64,000 nucleotides of DNA from an uncultured virus (IMG/VR IMGVR_UViG_3300030413_000012) (Duplodnaviria > Heunggongvirae > Uroviricota > Caudoviricetes): IMG/VR virus record IMGVR_UViG_3300030413_000012. One strand, given 5' to 3'. Positions 40,947 through 51,648 of this stretch are shown piece by piece (position 1 is the first letter of the stretch; every line of letters starts with the position of its first letter). The translations under genes were made by a program, and so were the position numbers. The notes beneath the pieces are model-generated. The model was not told where the DNA came from. It ran no database searches and worked only from the letters and a program-made list of their open reading frames with translations.

Positions 40947-43800
40947 TTGGTTTTATATACTCTTCAATAAGTCCACTGTCAAATAAAAATAATTCATCAT
41001 CTGTGAGTTCTACTTGTATAAATTTCTTTTCTTGTGAACCATCTTCAAGACTTTTATATCTTTTGTTGTAATAAAGTTCTCTAAGTTTATTTGTTTTCTC
41101 TTCCTTTAATTCTGACATATATCTGTCAAGATATTCTTTATATACAGGTGATGGTGGAGAAAGTAATGAAACTAGTATTGGTCTGAAAAAGCTTTTTTCA
41201 CCTAATCCAACAATTTTATGATTATAAACATTAACTATAACTTTGTGTTTCTTTTCATCTGTTATTTTTGCAAATATTTTTTTATACCAATTTTTATCAA
41301 ATACAGCATCATCAGAGTATGGATTTACAACTTTGTTGTTTTTAATTTCTATTTTATTTTTTAGTTCATCATATTTTATATTTGCATCTCTTGCAAGTGT
41401 AGTATTGTAAATATTAAGAATAAGGGTTATAAGAACTTGTTTTATTTCTTTAAGATAGTGTCTATAATCAAGTTTTGTTCTATCAAAATTTTCAGCAATT
41501 TCAACCTTGTCTCTTGTTTTTAATCCACTAGTTGTTATATAATACTGTGGTTGTATATCAGCAGTAATTTCTCTCTTATAATATTCAATATATTTTCTCA
41601 TAAGAACTTTTTGTGCTATATCATCTTTTTCTGATTTATATTGTGCTTTTTCTTTTATGTTCATTGTGTAAAAGAAATCTTCTGGCTTGAATTTATTGCA
41701 ATAATATATAAAATCATTTTCTTTCTTTAATGGTGAACTTATAAATAAAAAGTTAAATTTTTTAAACAAGGATTCCATGCTTGGTGCATCTATTATGTAA
41801 TCAAGAATATTTTGTATGGTTGTTTTTATTATTGGTGCTTTGCTTGAATCTACAATTGTGCTTCCATGTGGTGAAATTGAGATTTTGTTGTCATTTTCTT
41901 TATCAAACAAAATATAGTTTTTCTTTTTTATGCTTATCATTCCACTATCAACAGATTCAAGGTCTATTGCTACAAATTTCTTTCCCATTTTTTTAAAGGC
42001 AGCATTTAGTTCATTTGTAAATGCTTGTATTTTGTTATATACTTCTTCTTTTGTTTTAAGAGTTGGGTCAGTAACAATTATTCCATCAGTATCAGTTTCA
42101 ATTATTAAAAGTCCTTTTTTCAAACAAACATTTTCAACTGTTGTTACCATGTTTCTTCCAATTTCTGTAACTCTTGAGGCTGCAAGTATATTTGAAAATC
42201 TTGAGCCTGGCATTGTTTTATCTCTCCAATCAGCATAACCTAAAAGACCATATGCTGAATTTATAATTATTTTTAGTGCTGCTGAATAATTTTGATAATT
42301 AACAACAGTTGCTTCATCCTCTTTTGTTTTTTCTGGTAAAGAGGCAATTCTTTTTGCCTCTCTTTTGAAATGTATTCTTTCAGTATAAAGACCCCTAAGT
42401 GTTTCTGTAAATATTCCTTCTTTATCATTTTCTGGCTTTATATCCCAATCAAGCATGATACTTGGATATAGTGATGAATAGTCTATTTTTATAACATTTG
42501 TATAATAACCAGATGCATTTAATTTTACATTTCCACCACCAAAATGTTTTATTTCATCACTGGTGTATGCTTTTCTGCTTTTTGGAAATATGAACAAATG
42601 TTTCTTTTTCATATTTTTATATAAACTTCTTTCAAGTATTTGTGTTTGGCTTGCATCCATCACATAACCAAGTTCTATGTTAGCATACCAACTAAAGAAA
42701 ATCATTATTGGGAAAAACTTTTCATATAAAGCATGTGTTCCTTCAACATCATCAATCAAATATTGTTTCATATATTTTGGATTTTTTATAAACTCATTGT
42801 AAATTTCTGCACCAGGTATTAACACTCTATTTTCCTTTTTCAGAACATTATAGAAGTCACAAACATTTTTCAAAGAAACAAGACCATATTTATATTTTAT
42901 AGCAGTTCTTTCTGATGGAACTCTAAACATATAGTAGAATATATCAAAGAAAACTATTCTTCCTTTTTTACTAATATATTGCCTATATTGTGGATTTTGA
43001 AACTTAACCATTGGATGTCTTTGGGTTCCATCTTCTCTATATTTATTAATATTTTGGAATATTTCATCTTCATTAAATTCAAAGGGTATTCCATATTTTT
43101 TTAGTCTTTCAGCTATAAAATATATATCAAAATTGTAAATATTGTAACCTGATATTATTACAAATTTATTTTCATCAAGAAATTTAAGAAAATCAATAAG
43201 CATTGCCTTTTCTCCAACAGTTTCATATTCTTCTTGTTTTTCAGTATAATCAGCAACTGATTTATAAAATTTTACAGGTTCACCTTTAATATTAACACCT
43301 CTTGCACCAATATAAAATACAAAATTGGATTTGGGTGTTGAAAACTGTTTATCTGTTGTTTGAGTTTCTATATCAAATACACAATATGGTAAATCATTTA
43401 TTTTTGTTTCTTTTGAAAGAAACTCTATTCCATGCTCATAAATCATTTTTATTATATCAGGATAAACATCATATTCATAAACATTGAAATTATTAGCAAG
43501 ACTGTAAATCATTTTTCTCATATCATTTACAGCATCACCCTCTTCACCAGTTGGTCTATATGCCATTGGATATTTCAAATAGACCTTTACATATTCTTTA
43601 CCATTTGATATTTCTTCTTTTTTACTAACAATGTAAGGACTCATTCTTTCAAGATGTTTTTCTGCTTCCTGTGTTTTTTGTATAACAAAATAATCATTGT
43701 AGTCTATACTATCTGTTTTTACTTCACCATTTTCTATATAAGAAACAAAGAATTTTTTAGGGTCATCCTTGTTTTTTTGCATATTATAAAATAATTTCAT
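40933..43800 (-). CDS. polB: family B DNA polymerase with proofreading exonuclease
   Basis: FDIET, GYNIYNFD, YLIDD, DYSSLYPS, KIIINSAYG, ETDTDG, KKKNY. Confidence 0.95.
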   Translation of the reverse strand: MKLFYNMQKNKDDPKKFFVSYIENGEVKTDSIDYNDYFVIQKTQEAEKHLERMSPYIVSKKEEISNGKEYVKVYLKYPMAYRPTGEEGDAVNDMRKMIYSLANNFNVYEYDVYPDIIKMIYEHGIEFLSKETKINDLPYCVFDIETQTTDKQFSTPKSNFVFYIGARGVNIKGEPVKFYKSVADYTEKQEEYETVGEKAMLIDFLKFLDENKFVIISGYNIYNFDIYFIAERLKKYGIPFEFNEDEIFQNINKYREDGTQRHPMVKFQNPQYRQYISKKGRIVFFDIFYYMFRVPSERTAIKYKYGLVSLKNVCDFYNVLKKENRVLIPGAEIYNEFIKNPKYMKQYLIDDVEGTHALYEKFFPIMIFFSWYANIELGYVMDASQTQILERSLYKNMKKKHLFIFPKSRKAYTSDEIKHFGGGNVKLNASGYYTNVIKIDYSSLYPSIMLDWDIKPENDKEGIFTETLRGLYTERIHFKREAKRIASLPEKTKEDEATVVNYQNYSAALKIIINSAYGLLGYADWRDKTMPGSRFSNILAASRVTEIGRNMVTTVENVCLKKGLLIIETDTDGIIVTDPTLKTKEEVYNKIQAFTNELNAAFKKMGKKFVAIDLESVDSGMISIKKKNYILFDKENDNKISISPHGSTIVDSSKAPIIKTTIQNILDYIIDAPSMESLFKKFNFLFISSPLKKENDFIYYCNKFKPEDFFYTMNIKEKAQYKSEKDDIAQKVLMRKYIEYYKREITADIQPQYYITTSGLKTRDKVEIAENFDRTKLDYRHYLKEIKQVLITLILNIYNTTLARDANIKYDELKNKIEIKNNKVVNPYSDDAVFDKNWYKKIFAKITDEKKHKVIVNVYNHKIVGLGEKSFFRPILVSLLSPPSPVYKEYLDRYMSELKEEKTNKLRELYYNKRYKSLEDGSQEKKFIQVELTDDELFLFDSGLIEEYIKPIIQM

Positions 43801-43840
43801 TACAACACCAACATCCTATAAAAAAATCCTTAAATTATCA

Positions 43841-44029
43841 TTATTGCTTGATATATTTAAGCTTTTCCAAATATTTAGATATTTCATTTGTATTTTTGTG
43901 ATATTTAAATACCCTTATCAGTAGTTCTTTTGTTTCATCAGAAAGAGAATCTGATATTCTTGAAGAAATAAATTGTCTCATATATTCAATAAGTTTTTTA
44001 TCCTGTTCAATATTTCTTGTTCTTGGCAT
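43841..44029 (-). CDS. small basic hypothetical protein
   Basis: 62-aa ORF upstream of polB. Confidence 0.5.
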   Translation of the reverse strand: MPRTRNIEQDKKLIEYMRQFISSRISDSLSDETKELLIRVFKYHKNTNEISKYLEKLKYIKQ

Positions 44030-44149
44030 ATAATCACTAGTATATTGTATTCAAAATATTTAAAGATATGTATTTCATAATTACTGTATTATTGCTGAAT
44101 ACAAAAAGCAAAGATTTAAATATTTGCTTAACTCTTTTTATTTGATTAA

Positions 44150-44722
44150 ATGAAATCACTTTCTATTATAGATGAGGGTTGGGTAAATAAATGGACTAGA
44201 TGGTATTTTGCAAATGATGATAATTACTATCAAAAAGTTTTGACATTTTTGACAAAAAACTATATACCAGTCAAAGGAAAAAGAAAGTCCAAAAATTTAT
44301 TACATTTTAGGTTATCAGATAAGATGATTAAAAAAGATAAAAATTTTAAAAAAGCTGCAATTTTCTTTTCTAAAGACAGAAATAATCCAGCTTTATTTCT
44401 TCAAATGGAAAGATTAAATTCTGATGCAGAAAAACAAATTGATAATTTTCTAAAAAAGAAAATAAAAATAATTAAAAAAGAACAGGGGTTATATTACTAT
44501 TTAGAATTTGGAAAAGATATAGAGATAAACAAGAGAAAAATAGCAGAAGAACATGGAATTGATTATGATACTATGCATTATAAATCACCTGTTATATATA
44601 GACCACATGGTGCTATAATGGTATTTTTACACAGAGTAAAATTATTATCATATGACAGCATGAAATCATTAAAAGAAGAAAAAGAATATGTAAGAAAATA
44701 TTTGGCAAAGAATTTGGTATAA
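44150..44722 (+). CDS. hypothetical protein
   Basis: 190-aa ORF, first in replication operon. Confidence 0.7.
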   Translation: MKSLSIIDEGWVNKWTRWYFANDDNYYQKVLTFLTKNYIPVKGKRKSKNLLHFRLSDKMIKKDKNFKKAAIFFSKDRNNPALFLQMERLNSDAEKQIDNFLKKKIKIIKKEQGLYYYLEFGKDIEINKRKIAEEHGIDYDTMHYKSPVIYRPHGAIMVFLHRVKLLSYDSMKSLKEEKEYVRKYLAKNLV

Positions 44723-44724
44723 AT

Positions 44725-46230
44725 ATGTCAGACAATATAACAATTAATTATGAATTTAACAATTGCATAGATATAATTACAGAACTGCAAAAAATTGCAA
44801 CACAAGCAAAAAATTCTAATGCTGATAATGAAACTATAGAATATGTAAAATTAAAAAATGCTTATATGTTAAATGCCCAATATCAATTTTCAATGGAAAA
44901 AACAGAAGATGCATCTGGTGATATTTTAATTGGAGGTATTATTGCAACTAAAAATCCATTTCAATGCATACAAGTAAAATTTGCTGCATCAAAAGAACTG
45001 GTTGAAAAATTTACTCCAATGTATAAAACTTTTTATTATAGTGACCAAGCTGATACTAAAATATCAGAAACTTATTTTCCTAAAGCAGACCTCATTCTAA
45101 AACTAATAACAAGACCTAAAACTGATACTGAAAAAGCAAGTGCTGATGTTTATATTGAAGAGATTTATCCAATTGATACAGATAAAGAAATAGGACAAAT
45201 TGAACTGAATAAAACAGAAACCACTGAAAGTCTAAGAAATAAAGCAATTGATATATTAAGAAAAAAACCATTTCTTATTGGATTTGCTGGTGTAAAAAAT
45301 ATTATAATACCAATTGTTTTCAATAATGATTCTGATTATAATAAATTTCCTGAAATTCATAATTTTTCAATACCAAATACAACCTCTTTAAATCAATTGC
45401 TTGTAAAAGTGGATGTTTTTTCTGGCTTCAAAAAAGGTGTTATTAAGGTTCCTGTCTTTTTGGGTGAACCTAAAATAATGATGTTAATGGGAACCATGAA
45501 TCAGGATGTAATAAATATATTCAGAAGTAAATTCATAATACTAGACAACTATCAATATGTAAACACAGCAACTTTCATACCTATTTTTATAACCAATATT
45601 GAAAAAATATTTGATATAACAAATACACAGGCATCTAGTGATTTAAAAACATCAACATTTATTAATGATATTATTGCAAACAGTAATATTGATGATATAA
45701 AAACATTGATAAAAGTAAAACCATTTACAGTTGAAGAACTTGAAAAAGAAGGTATTATGATGAATGATACCATGATTTTTCTGGTATTAACAGGACTATT
45801 AATAAAAGAAAATTATTATTTTGATAATGATACACTGTGGGCTATAAAAAATTTATTTAATACCAAGACACTTTTGGCTGAAGCAAATAAATTAATAACA
45901 GAAACTGACTTAGAAAACATACTTTCAATTTATGTATTTATGAAAGCAATGCTTAAAGACCACCCTGAATATAAAGATGTGGGAATGGAAGATATTGTTA
46001 ATGACATTGTTGAAAAAACAATAACAATCACCCTTTCAGATTTCAAAACAAAATTTATAGATTTTTATAGAATAAGTGAAAAAAGATTTGAAACAATCAA
46101 AAAAGATGTATTTGAAACATCTGGTCTTTTTGAAGTAACAGAAGAAACAGAAGGAAATGATATTGAAAAAATAAGAATGACTAAAAATGTTAAAGATTAT
46201 ATTAAACAAAAAAAGAGTGATATTAAATGA
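44725..46230 (+). CDS. hypothetical protein, paralog of 35968..37344; possible degenerate MCM-like protein
   Basis: shared block with 35968; overlaps primase start; no Walker A. Confidence 0.7.
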   Translation: MSDNITINYEFNNCIDIITELQKIATQAKNSNADNETIEYVKLKNAYMLNAQYQFSMEKTEDASGDILIGGIIATKNPFQCIQVKFAASKELVEKFTPMYKTFYYSDQADTKISETYFPKADLILKLITRPKTDTEKASADVYIEEIYPIDTDKEIGQIELNKTETTESLRNKAIDILRKKPFLIGFAGVKNIIIPIVFNNDSDYNKFPEIHNFSIPNTTSLNQLLVKVDVFSGFKKGVIKVPVFLGEPKIMMLMGTMNQDVINIFRSKFIILDNYQYVNTATFIPIFITNIEKIFDITNTQASSDLKTSTFINDIIANSNIDDIKTLIKVKPFTVEELEKEGIMMNDTMIFLVLTGLLIKENYYFDNDTLWAIKNLFNTKTLLAEANKLITETDLENILSIYVFMKAMLKDHPEYKDVGMEDIVNDIVEKTITITLSDFKTKFIDFYRISEKRFETIKKDVFETSGLFEVTEETEGNDIEKIRMTKNVKDYIKQKKSDIK

Positions 46231-47471
46231 TGCTATATAATGAAGAATTAAAAGAATATCTGAGACATTTTCCAAATATATTTGTTTGGAAATCCATAAA
46301 TGGAAAAATAGAAGAACATTCTTCAAAAATGTTGTTTTATCAAATAGAGCCATTAATTGATGAAACCTCAACTATTGATGTAAAATATGAATTTCATACA
46401 GGTTTAGATATAATTCAATATCTTGAAAATGATGAAATTAAAAATGCATTTGGAATAGCAATTGATATTGATACAAAAGGAAGAGAACAAGAAGTAACTG
46501 TGGAAAATTTAACTCTTGGAAAAAAAATTGCTGTAAAACTTCAGAAAACATTTGCAGCACATGGTATAAACACAATGCTAAAATTTAGTGGTGGTGGTTA
46601 TCATATAATTATTATATTTAGTGAAGACATAATTGATGCCACCTTTACTAAAAAAGACATGCTAAAGGTTATTAAAAGTATAATTAAAGAAACAAAACTG
46701 GACAAAAGTATTGTAAAAGATGTTGAAATAAAAGGTGATAAAATAAGGTCTTTGTATTCATATAATTCAAAATATGGAAATTATTCAATACTAACTGATG
46801 CAACAATACCAGCAAAAGAAGATATAAAAAGAGCAAAGGAATATAACAAACAAGAACTTGATTTTAATAATTTAATAACCATGAAAATAACAAATAAAAA
46901 TACTTTAGATGAAATAGAAATGCAAAAACAAAAAAATGAAAAACAAAAACAATTTATAGATAATCTTCTTTTGGTTGGCAAGGCTTTTGAAAAACTAGGC
47001 ATTAACCCTAAAACAGTATTTGACCAAAAAACAGGTGATGTTTTTCCTGAGATAAAAACAAAAGTTGTGGATAAACTTATTGAAATGACAAACAAAAAAC
47101 CCAAAGAAATAAATGAATACATATTATATTTTGTAAAAACAGAAAAGAACATGGGTTTCTATGACAAAATAGTTGAAAGGGGTGTAAAGGATGGGAGAAA
47201 AAGATTATTATTTTTAGTAGTTGGTCCATATCTTGCATTAAAATATCCTGGAAATAAAGAAAAAATTAAAGAAGAATTAGAGAAATGGCTTCAAAAATCT
47301 GGTGTTAGTTCAAATGATTTATACTCATATTCAGCAGAAATAAACTCACTTGTAAATGGTATGGAAATTGGTGTAAGACCAACATCCATTGATTCTTTAC
47401 TTATAAGATTTGGTATTGATTCAAAAAAAGAATTTCTTGAACAATATGTAAATGGTGGAACAAATGACTGA
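46227..47471 (+). CDS. archaeo-eukaryotic primase (PriS catalytic domain fused to PriX-like C-terminal domain)
   Basis: AIDID, KFSGGGYH, DKIR; C-terminal GVKDGRKRLLFLVVGPYL. Confidence 0.85.
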   Translation: MMLYNEELKEYLRHFPNIFVWKSINGKIEEHSSKMLFYQIEPLIDETSTIDVKYEFHTGLDIIQYLENDEIKNAFGIAIDIDTKGREQEVTVENLTLGKKIAVKLQKTFAAHGINTMLKFSGGGYHIIIIFSEDIIDATFTKKDMLKVIKSIIKETKLDKSIVKDVEIKGDKIRSLYSYNSKYGNYSILTDATIPAKEDIKRAKEYNKQELDFNNLITMKITNKNTLDEIEMQKQKNEKQKQFIDNLLLVGKAFEKLGINPKTVFDQKTGDVFPEIKTKVVDKLIEMTNKKPKEINEYILYFVKTEKNMGFYDKIVERGVKDGRKRLLFLVVGPYLALKYPGNKEKIKEELEKWLQKSGVSSNDLYSYSAEINSLVNGMEIGVRPTSIDSLLIRFGIDSKKEFLEQYVNGGTND

Positions 47472-48408
47472 TGTAGAAAAAATTATTAATGATATAATAA
47501 AAAATAGTAAAAAATATAAAAATGAAGAGGAACAGTTTTATTATTTAATAAGTCATAATGTCTGCCCAAAATGTCATACATCAACAATAGCACATAAAGA
47601 TGGAGACACTTATTGTGAAAAATGTGGAGTTGTATGGGATACATTTGAAGCATATTATTCACATGGAACAACTATGGAAACAGGTAATAGGTCAGAAATA
47701 TATGTTCCACCAACAAATCTTTCTGCAAAGGCATCTCCAACAAGGTCTTTTGTTAGCAGTAGAAATCTTTCTTCTAAAAATAAAGAAAAATTCAGAAGAT
47801 TAAGCCAGATGGATTTTTACATTAAGGCTGGTCAATCAGAAAATGTTAATTTACTAAGAAATTTAAAAAGAATAGTCTCTTTACTTTCACATAATCAAGC
47901 ATTATATGATAAACATATAATTGAAGAAACAGCACTGCTAATACAAAATGATGTTCAAAAATATTTGGGTGAAAAGAAAAAAACAAATGTTTATACAATT
48001 ATGGTGTTAACCTTTATGCTTCTTCATTTACCAATAGACAAAAAATTATTATATGAAACTTCAAATAATCAGCATTTAAAAACATTTGCACATTTTAAGA
48101 AAAATATAAATAGAGGTATTGAAGAAATAATGAAAAAATTACCAGAAGCAGAAAAAATAAACATAAAGAAAAAATTAATAGAACAGATAGCAAAACAATA
48201 TAAAATAAAATATAATGAAAAAATATTAGATTTGGTTTACAAAAAAACACAAGAAATAATAAATCTTGCACCAAATAATGGTTTAGAAAATGCAGCAAGA
48301 GCAATTTTTGAGATAAACAAATACAATAAACTTCACATACAATTCATATATGGTAAACATAAAGACAAAATAGAAAAAATAATGAAAAATGTTAATTTAG
48401 ATTTTTAG
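47452..48408 (+). CDS. tfb: transcription factor B (TFIIB)-like protein
   Basis: Zn ribbon CPKC...DGDTYCEKCGVV, KFRRLSQ linker, helical cyclin-like C-terminus. Confidence 0.75.
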   Translation: MVEQMTDVEKIINDIIKNSKKYKNEEEQFYYLISHNVCPKCHTSTIAHKDGDTYCEKCGVVWDTFEAYYSHGTTMETGNRSEIYVPPTNLSAKASPTRSFVSSRNLSSKNKEKFRRLSQMDFYIKAGQSENVNLLRNLKRIVSLLSHNQALYDKHIIEETALLIQNDVQKYLGEKKKTNVYTIMVLTFMLLHLPIDKKLLYETSNNQHLKTFAHFKKNINRGIEEIMKKLPEAEKINIKKKLIEQIAKQYKIKYNEKILDLVYKKTQEIINLAPNNGLENAARAIFEINKYNKLHIQFIYGKHKDKIEKIMKNVNLDF

Positions 48409-48415
48409 TGATACT

Positions 48416-49621
48416 TTGAGATTTTTGCATATATCTGATACACATTTTGATTATTCACCAAGTATGAATTATATAAATAGTGATAAGTATAGTGATGAAA
48501 AATTTTCAACAATAAAACAAGCAATAGAATATGCTGTTGAAAATAACATTAAATACATTGTTCATAGTGGTGATGTATTTGACAGAATAAGACCAAATCT
48601 TCAACTATTAATAAAATTAATGAAAATACTTCATACTGCTGAAAAGAAAGGGGTCAATTTTATAATTATTTCTGGAAACCATGACCAGCCAAAGGTTAAA
48701 GGTATATTTAATGCACTTGGGGCACTAGAATCTCTTGACAATGTTTCAGTATTTATAAAACCAGGCATTGAAACTGTTGAAGATAATGGTGAAAAAGTTG
48801 ATTTTATTTGTATTCCTTCTCCTTCAGAATGGAATAGTTTTTCTGATAAATTTAGAGAAATTCTTGATGAAACCTTATTAAAATCAACTTCTGAAAACAA
48901 AGTGCTTGTAACCCACATTCAAATAGTCAATATAACAGATAAAGCAACTCAGGAAGTTGAACCATTTATTACAAATGGTATATCACCACAAGAAATACCA
49001 CAAATTTTTAACTATGTTGCACTTGGTCATGTTCATAAAATGCAGCAAATTGCAGGAAGACCAGAAATGTATTATGCAGGTTCTTCTTCTTTATTAGGAT
49101 TTGGAGATATTGGTCTAAAAAAATATTTTATTGATGTAACAATTGGGAAAAAAACAGAAATAAAACCAATTGAAATAAAATTAACATATGATTTGGTTCA
49201 AGTAAATGTTGACCTTGAAAAAGCAACATCAAATCAAGAAATAGAAAATACTATAAAATATTATATTGATTCAAAAAAAATTGAAGGGAATATAATAAAA
49301 ATTATACTAGAACATTGCACTAAAACTGTGTTTACTGTTATTGACATTCCACATATAACAAATATTATAAAAGAAAAGAATCCATTAGGAATAAAAATAG
49401 AAATAAAAAGGGAAGGAAACTTAATGATTGAAGCTGATACACCAGAACTTAATACTGAAGAACTTTCATTGTCACTTATAAAACCAATTGATTCAGAAAT
49501 ACAAGCATATTTAAAAGACCAGAATATTGATGAACTAAAAATAAAAGAAATTTTAACAATAAATGATGAAGTATTAAATAAGGTTGAAACAGAAAAAGAA
49601 ATAAATAATAAAGAGGATTAA
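48416..49621 (+). CDS. mre11: Mre11/SbcD nuclease
   Basis: HISDTH, SGDVFD, SGNHD, YVALGHVH, YAGS; adjacent to rad50. Confidence 0.92.
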   Translation: MRFLHISDTHFDYSPSMNYINSDKYSDEKFSTIKQAIEYAVENNIKYIVHSGDVFDRIRPNLQLLIKLMKILHTAEKKGVNFIIISGNHDQPKVKGIFNALGALESLDNVSVFIKPGIETVEDNGEKVDFICIPSPSEWNSFSDKFREILDETLLKSTSENKVLVTHIQIVNITDKATQEVEPFITNGISPQEIPQIFNYVALGHVHKMQQIAGRPEMYYAGSSSLLGFGDIGLKKYFIDVTIGKKTEIKPIEIKLTYDLVQVNVDLEKATSNQEIENTIKYYIDSKKIEGNIIKIILEHCTKTVFTVIDIPHITNIIKEKNPLGIKIEIKREGNLMIEADTPELNTEELSLSLIKPIDSEIQAYLKDQNIDELKIKEILTINDEVLNKVETEKEINNKED

Positions 49622-51325
49622 ATGATACTAAATTATATAAAAATGAAAGGATTTATGAGATTTAAATCTTTGACAACCATAAAATTAAATGATGGCATAA
49701 CTGTCATTTATGGAAAGAATGGTGCTGGAAAAACTTCTATAATTGATGCTATTTTCTTTTGTCTTTATGGAAAAACACTAAGAACAACTGGAACAGGTTC
49801 AACTGGTTTTTTATCATTAAAAGATTTAATAAACAAAGAAGCACAGGAAGCTGAAGTTGAAGTATCTTTTAGTATAAATGAAAAAGAATATATTGTAACA
49901 AGAAAAATATCAAAAACAGGCAACACAATTGTTTATATAAAGACAGATAATACACAAATAGCAGAAGGTGCCAATGTTGCTAAAATGCTTGGAGAACAAA
50001 TAATTGGTCTTAATTATAATGGCTTAAAAGATTCAATAATGATAATGCAGGGAGAAATGGATAAATATTTAGAAATGACAAGTTCTGAAAGAAAAAATAC
50101 ACTTGTTGATTTATTCAAAATAAATGAATATAGTATTTATAATAAAAAATTAAAAGAAATTATAAGGGACTGGTCTGATAAACTTATTGAAAATAAATCA
50201 AAATTAGAATTATTAGAAGATGAAATAAAAAAAGAAAAAGACATTGAAACTGAATTAAAATCAATAACAGATATAACAAATGATGTTACAAAAAATATTG
50301 ATGAAAAACAGAATAACATAACTGCACTTGAAGAAAAGAAACAAGAACTTGAAGAGACTAAAAATAAAGATTCTTTTGATATTAAGCTGGCTAATCAACA
50401 AATAATAGCACTTAATAATAACATTAAAGTATTTAATGATAATGCACAAAAACTTGATGGAAAAACTAAATGCCCACTGTGCTTACAAACAATTGAACAT
50501 AATGAAAAAATAATAAATCATTATAGTGATGAAATAGAAAAAGCAAATATTGAAATTGAAAAAATAAAAACTGAAATATCCACAAAAACAATAAATATAA
50601 AACATCAAGAAGAAACAATATCAGAATTGACTGACACTATTTTAAAACTCAAAACTGAAATAAAATCAACCTTACAGCAACAACAACAAAAGGAAGCTCA
50701 AACTATTTCATTGAAAAATAAATTAAAGGAACTTACTGAAATGAAAGCAGCAACTAATTCAATAGAAAAAGAAATAAATAAAATTTCTCAAAAAAATGAT
50801 GCTGGGCTATTACTACAAAATGCTTATGATGAAATACCCAAAAGAATTCTTACAAGATTATTGCCATCAATAGAAAAAGAAGCCAGCAATATAATATCCT
50901 TAATTTCTGAAAATTATATAAGTTTTATTAAAATAGAACAAAAAACATTCAAAATACAACCCTTTATAAATGGTAGATTTGAAGAAATACAGTTTTTAAG
51001 TGGTGGTGAAAAAGTAAAAGTAGCCATTGCAATCAGAATTGCAATATCAAATATAATAAGTAAACTATCTGCACTAACTACATTAAAAACATTTACTGGT
51101 TTAAAAACATTGATAATTGATGAAGGTGACTTTGGCTCACTTGATGATGATGGAATAAATAACATAATCAATATAATACAAAACCTGAAAAGTGTATTCC
51201 AAAAAATAATAATAATAACACATATAAATGATTTAAAAGAAGCATTGCCTGACAATTTAATAAATGTTACAAAATCTGAAAATAAATATGAAAGTAAAAT
51301 AAGTTATGAATATAAAGAAATTTAA
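49622..51325 (+). CDS. rad50: Rad50/SbcC ATPase
   Basis: GKNGAGKT, MQGE, coiled coil with CPLC hook, LSGGE, IIDEG, ITH. Confidence 0.93.
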   Translation: MILNYIKMKGFMRFKSLTTIKLNDGITVIYGKNGAGKTSIIDAIFFCLYGKTLRTTGTGSTGFLSLKDLINKEAQEAEVEVSFSINEKEYIVTRKISKTGNTIVYIKTDNTQIAEGANVAKMLGEQIIGLNYNGLKDSIMIMQGEMDKYLEMTSSERKNTLVDLFKINEYSIYNKKLKEIIRDWSDKLIENKSKLELLEDEIKKEKDIETELKSITDITNDVTKNIDEKQNNITALEEKKQELEETKNKDSFDIKLANQQIIALNNNIKVFNDNAQKLDGKTKCPLCLQTIEHNEKIINHYSDEIEKANIEIEKIKTEISTKTINIKHQEETISELTDTILKLKTEIKSTLQQQQQKEAQTISLKNKLKELTEMKAATNSIEKEINKISQKNDAGLLLQNAYDEIPKRILTRLLPSIEKEASNIISLISENYISFIKIEQKTFKIQPFINGRFEEIQFLSGGEKVKVAIAIRIAISNIISKLSALTTLKTFTGLKTLIIDEGDFGSLDDDGINNIINIIQNLKSVFQKIIIITHINDLKEALPDNLINVTKSENKYESKISYEYKEI

Positions 51326-51353
51326 ACTAACTATTTATTTAATAACTGATAAG

Positions 51354-51542
51354 ATGATAGAGTGCCCAATCTGTTCAATAGAAATAGAACAAAAAGAATT
51401 TGAAGACTATACTATTTATTACTGTGAACAGTGCCAAAATTATTTTCATAGCAATTGTGTAACCTCAAGTGAACCTTTTTGCCCTTATTGTTCTCCAGTT
51501 CTTCATGCTGTTTTGCCAGAAGATTATCCTGAAGATGAATAA
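51354..51542 (+). CDS. stand-alone C4HC3 zinc finger, paralog of 32709..32900
   Basis: CPIC...CEQCQNYFHSNC...CPYCSP. Confidence 0.75.
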   Translation: MIECPICSIEIEQKEFEDYTIYYCEQCQNYFHSNCVTSSEPFCPYCSPVLHAVLPEDYPEDE

Positions 51543-51560
51543 TCCTGAAAATGAATAATC
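51526..51560 (+). repeat. 16-bp tandem duplication spanning a stop codon
   Basis: ATCCTGAAGATGAATA ATCCTGAAAATGAATA ATC. Confidence 0.85.
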
Positions 51561-51571
51561 ATTAAGTTAAA

Positions 51572-51644
51572 TAGTCCTAAAAGGGGTTGAACCTTTATCT
51601 TTAGTTTCAGAAACTAGAATGCTTAACCATTACACCATAGGACT
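51572..51644 (-). tRNA. tRNA-Gln(CUG)
   Basis: AGTCCTA/TAGGACT acceptor, loop TTCTGAA, T-arm AAAGG-TTCAACC-CCTTT. Confidence 0.88.
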
Positions 51645-51648
51645 ATAA

